Shown in pieces: positions 59,633 to 64,000 of a stretch of DNA of 64,000 bases. Under the pieces are notes generated by a model that ran no database searches, had not been told where the DNA came from, and saw nothing but the letters and a program-made list of their open reading frames with translations. The translations under genes and the position numbers were made by a program. Position 1 is the stretch's first letter, and every line of letters starts with the position of its first letter. Source of the stretch: Gracilinanus agilis (taxonomy: Eukaryota); NCBI RefSeq assembly GCF_016433145.1, contig NC_058131.1, positions 288,984,962-289,048,961 of the forward strand, read 5' to 3'.

Positions 59633-59732
59633 ATGACTCCTCTCTGGGTCCTTTTCCTAGCACTTATTGCAGCTACTCATGGTGAGACGCCAGGGTGCAA
59701 GATCCGGGTCACATCCAAAGCCCTGGAGCTGG
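59633..59732 (+). CDS. PLTP: PLTP (phospholipid transfer protein) exon 2 coding part: signal peptide and start of BPI/LBP N-terminal domain
   Basis: MTPLWVLFLALIAATHGETPGCKIRVTSKALEL G|gtaagg; 100 nt; acceptor at 59620. Confidence 0.92.
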
Positions 59733-59922
59733 GTAAGGTTAAGAGTCCGGGAGCTTGGCGGAGTTGGGAAATGAGAGGTCCCCTATTCAGGAGGGAGCTC
59801 TGGGGCCAACGAAAAAGCCTGGGCTTCCTGATGGTGGGAGGACAAACCTGGGGCTGAAGGGAGGAGAGGAGGGAGAATACTGGTGGGAACAGTTCCCAGT
59901 TCTAAGGGTCTCACTGTCTCAG

Positions 59923-60022
59923 TAAAGCAAGAAGGCCTGAAGTTCTTGGAGCACGAGCTAGAAACCATTACCATCCCCGACCTGAGGGGCAGCGAGGGCC
60001 CATTCTCTTACAACATCACTGA
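59923..60022 (+). CDS. PLTP: PLTP exon 3; gene continues beyond the window
   Basis: VKQEGLKFLEHELETITIPDLRGSEGPFSYNIT GA|gtgagt; 100 nt, phases consistent with exon 2. Confidence 0.93.
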
Positions 60023-60605
60023 GTGAGTGCACTGTGGGACCTGGGGAACAGGGCTAATAAGCTGGGATGGGGGCGGGGGCCAGGAGGACAGCGGGACTGA
60101 GGAATGGAGCTCAAAGCTATGCCAGAAGTCATTCCAGTTCGAACTTCTTTACTTGGACACAGCACATCACCACCCAGGTAGGCAGAGAGCTGGAACGGAC
60201 CCCCAGAAGCCCTTTAGTCCAACTGCCTCATTTTATAGATGAGGAACTGGAGGCTCAGGGAGGTTACTGGATCCCAACATTTCTCAGCTTTGGCAGCCCA
60301 TCTGTGCCAGAGACCTAGTGAGCCAGTTTGTGGATTGATAACCTTTCCAGATTTAGAGAGCTAGAAGGGACTTTGGAGATCATCCACTTACCAGTCCCCA
60401 AGCATTTCTACACCTACTTACGATGTGTCAGGCCGTGTGCTAGCCACTAGGAAGACCTCACACTCTACTGGAAGGGCACAACCTGGACCCATGAAAAAAG
60501 ATATATGTGCAAAGTAAATACAAGGTAATTTGGTTGGGAGGTATTAGCAACTGGGGGGTGAGAGATCAGGAAAAAGGCCTTATGTCAGCAATGGCACAGA
60601 GCTGT

Positions 60606-60785
60606 CTTTTTTTTTTTTTTTTTAACCTTTCTGCCTTAGAATCAATTCTAAGACAGAGGAGTGCCAAGGGCTAGGCAATCAGGGTAAAAGTGACTTGCTC
60701 AGGAAGTGTTTGATGCCAGATTTGAACACTGGTCCTCCAGACTGTAGGCCTGGTACTCTATCCACTGTACTACCTACCTGCCCCT
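60606..60785 (-). mobile_element. SINE1_Mdo-like SINE
   Basis: Poly-T then reverse-complement consensus. Confidence 0.85.
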
Positions 60786-60809
60786 AAGCTGAATATTGAA
60801 GGATATTAG

Positions 60810-60995
60810 TGGCACAGTGGCTGGAGCACTGGGCTTGGAATCAGAAAGACTTCATCCAGTCTCTGATATTTACCAGCTATGTGACCCTGGGCAAGTCACT
60901 TAACCCTCATTGCCTAGCCCTTACCACTCTTCTACCTTGGAACCAATAAACAGTATTGATTCTAAGACGGAAGGTAAGGGTTTAAAAAAATAAAA
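60810..60995 (+). mobile_element. SINE1_Mdo-like SINE
   Basis: GTGACCCTGGGCAAGTCACTTAACCC...CCTAGCCCTTACCACTCTTC...GGTAAGGGTTTAAAAAAA. Confidence 0.85.
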
Positions 60996-62164
60996 AGACT
61001 CCATTCAAGTGCTAACCAAATCCAGGAAATGTTTTCCAGTCCCTCTAGTTGCTAATGCCATCCCCTCTCAGGCTACCTTTCCTCTTCTCTTGGATGTATC
61101 TTGTGTGTGCCAAACATTATTTTGAGAAAGGATCTATAGGCTTCACAAGACTGCCAAAGAAGTCCATGGCCTAAAAAAAGGTTAAGAACCTCTGATCAAG
61201 TTCAGTCATTCAATAAACATTTATTTAGCACCTCCCTTGTGCCAGGCACTGTGCTGAGTGCTTGGGACACAAAAAAAAGACAAAAGATAGTCCAGGCCTT
61301 CAAGGAACTTATGACCTAATGGAGGAGACAACACACAAACAAATTTATTCAAAGACAAGCTATCTACAAGATAAGTAGGAAATAATTAACAGAGGAAAGG
61401 TGCTAGGATGAAGAAGGGTTGGGGAGAGGCTTCCCGGAAAAAGAAAGGATTTTAGGTGGGACTTAGAGGAAGCCAGGGAAGGCAGTAAGGCAGAGTTGAG
61501 ATCATTCCAGGCATGGAAAACAGAAAGAAAAAATGCCCAGAGCAGAGAGATGGAGTCCAACCTTGGAGAGGGGATGTGACTTGCCCAAGGCCACATAGCT
61601 AAATTAGTGGCAGAGCTGAGACCCTAATCTAAGCCCCTTGACTCCTAGTCCAGTATCAGAGACTTACAGCGACACCTATAACAGAATCCCACCTCCAAGG
61701 GATCCTGGGCATACTTCCTCATCTCAGATGCTGCTTTCATATGAGGAAGGAACCATCTTGGAGCCCACTTCCTACTTCCTCCAGGGGCTAGGTCAGGAAG
61801 ACATTCGGAGGTCAAGTCATGGAGGGGATGGAAAAGGGTTTGGGCTTAAAAATTTGATTCTTATTTCTGTCACTAACTCTGTGAACAAGTCAGCATGCAA
61901 GAAGACAGGTTGAAGGAGCCAGAGATGCTTTTCTTGGGGAGGAAAAGACTTAGGAAGGCAGTGATGGCTGTCTTCAGATCTTTGAAGTCTGGCCTCATGG
62001 GAAAGAATGCTTATAGTTTCTCTGCTTCACACCAGAAAGCAGAACTAGAAATAAATAGTGGGAAGATGCACAGAGACTAGTTTCTGCTGGATAAAAAAAA
62101 AAACTTTTCATTTATCCGAAAGAGGAATGGAAGATAGCTTTAAAAGACAGTGGTTCCTCCTTAT

Positions 62165-62368
62165 AGATTCTAAGGCAGAAGAGCAGTAAGGACTAGGCAA
62201 TGGGGGTTAAATGACTTGCCCAGGCTCACACAGCTAGAAAGTGACTGAGGCCACATTTGAACCCAGGACCTCCCATCTCTAGGTCTGTCTCAATGAGTCA
62301 ACAAAACATAGTAGAATGAAGTTAGGTTCAAATCCCAGCTCTGTTCCTTCTGAGCCATCCAGCTGACC
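62165..62368 (-). mobile_element. SINE1_Mdo-like SINE
   Basis: Reverse-complement consensus motifs. Confidence 0.8.
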
Positions 62369-62411
62369 CTGTACTTTGCATAATTTAAAGCACTATATAA
62401 AGTTAGCTATT

Positions 62412-64000
62412 ATTTTTTAATCTTAAGTTTATTTAATTAATTAATTTAGAATATTTTTCCATGGTTACATGACTCATGTTCTTTCCTTCCCTTCCTCCCA
62501 CCCCACTCCCATAGCCAATGAGCAATTCCACTGGGTTTTGCATGTGTCATTGATCAAGACCTATTTCCATATTATTAATATTTGCACTAAGATGATCATT
62601 TAGAGTCTACATCCCTAAACATATCCCCATCGACCCATGTGATCAAGCAGTTATTTTTCTTCTGTATTTATGTTCCCACAGTTCTTTCTCTGGATGTGGA
62701 TAACGTTCTTTCTCATAAGTCCCCCAGGATTGTCCTGGGTCATTGCATTGCTGCTAGTAGAGAAATCCATTACATTTGATTGTGCCACAGTGTATCCGTT
62801 TCTGTGTATAATGTTCTCCTGGTTCTGCTCCTTTCATGCTGCATCAATTCCTGGAGGTCGTTCCAGTTCACATGGAATTCCTCCAGTTCATTATTCCTTT
62901 GAGCACAATAGTATTCCATCCAACAGATACCACAATTTGTTCAGCCATTCCCCAATCGAAGGACATCCCCTCATTTTTCAATTTTTTGCCACCACAAAGA
63001 ATGTGGCTATAAATATTTTTGTACAAGTCTTTTTCCTTATTATCTCTTTGTGGTACAAACCAAGCAGTGGTATGACTGGATCAAAGGGCAGACAGTCTGG
63101 TTGAATCAATTCGCAACTCCACCAGCTGTGCACATGAATATCCCAATTTTGCCTCATCCCCTTCAACATTTATTACTTTCCTTTGCTGTCATATTAGCCA
63201 ATCTGCTAAGAGTGAGGTGGTATCTCAGAGTTGTTTTGATTTGCATTTCTCTGATTATAAGAGATTTAAAACACTTTTCATGTGCTTATTGTTAGTTTTT
63301 ATTTCTTTATCTGAAAATTTCCTGTTCATGTCCCTTGCCCATCTATCAGTTGGGGAATGGCTTGATTTTTTGTACAATTGATTTAGCTCCTTATAAATGT
63401 GAGTAATTAGACCTTTGTCAGAGGTTTTTGCTATAAAGATTTTTTTCCCCAATTTGTTGCCTTCCTTCTAATATTGGTTACATTGGTTTTGTTTGTACAA
63501 AACCTTTTTAATTTAATGTAATAAAAATTGCATTTTGTAATATTCTCTATCTCTTGCTTAGTCTTAAAATCTTTCCTTTCCCATAGATCTGACAGGTAAA
63601 CTATTCTATGTTCACCTAATTCAGTTATAGTTTCCTTCTTTATATTTAAGTCATTCACCCATTCTGAAATTTATCTTGGTGTAGGGTGTGAGATGATCTA
63701 AACCTAATCTCTTCCATACTGTTTTCCAATTTTCCCAGCAGTTTTTGTCAAATAGTGGGTTTTTGTCTCAAAAGCTGGGATCTTTGGGTTTATTATACAC
63801 TGTCTTGCTGATGTCACTTACCCCAAGTCTATTCCACTGATCCTTTTATCTCTTAGCCAGTATCATATTTTTTTATTTTATTTTTTTAAATTTTCCATGG
63901 TTACATGATTCATATTTTTACTTTCCCCTTCACACCCCATACCCAATGCACATTTCCACTGGTTCAGTACCATATTGGTTTGATGATCACTGCTTTATAG
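62412..64000 (-). mobile_element. Relatively young opossum-type L1 3' end (3' UTR and ORF2 C-terminus), runs off the window
   Basis: Minus-strand ORFs 62978-63658 match the L1 ORF2 C-terminus (SDKGLITHIYKEL, LPFDPVIPLLGLY); AT-rich tail at 62412-62460. Confidence 0.9.

Noticed and set aside
60023-64000. PLTP exon 4
   Set aside because: No matching coding segment with proper splice sites found; presumably beyond the window

Overview
Mammalian genomic DNA, almost certainly marsupial and probably a didelphid opossum (inferred from about 20 SINE1_Mdo-like copies plus MAR1 SINEs and marsupial-type L1). Three protein-coding genes were reconstructed by hand from GT-AG boundaries and reading-frame continuity. 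ZNF335 (+) is complete: 27 coding exons over 2518-24726, about 1360-1365 aa. PCIF1/CAPAM, the cap m6Am methyltransferase (-), is complete: 15 coding exons over 34543-26415, 706 aa, with WW domain and NPPF motif intact. The first three exons of PLTP (+) are present, with ATG at 59633. The order and orientation match the mammalian ZNF335-PCIF1-PLTP block as I recall it. The rest is introns and a ~21 kb repeat-rich spacer (SINEs, L1, L2, CR1/L3, solo LTRs, hAT MITEs). I found no new gene family or novel multi-gene system. The best leads are regulatory: spliced uORFs in the ZNF335 and PCIF1 leaders, a possible recursive/dual splice site and an FXR-type IR1 at PLTP, in-frame tandem donors in ZNF335, and a long CR1 relic. 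Repeat-family names and comparisons to human are from memory, not database searches. Repeat boundaries are approximate unless a TSD is given.
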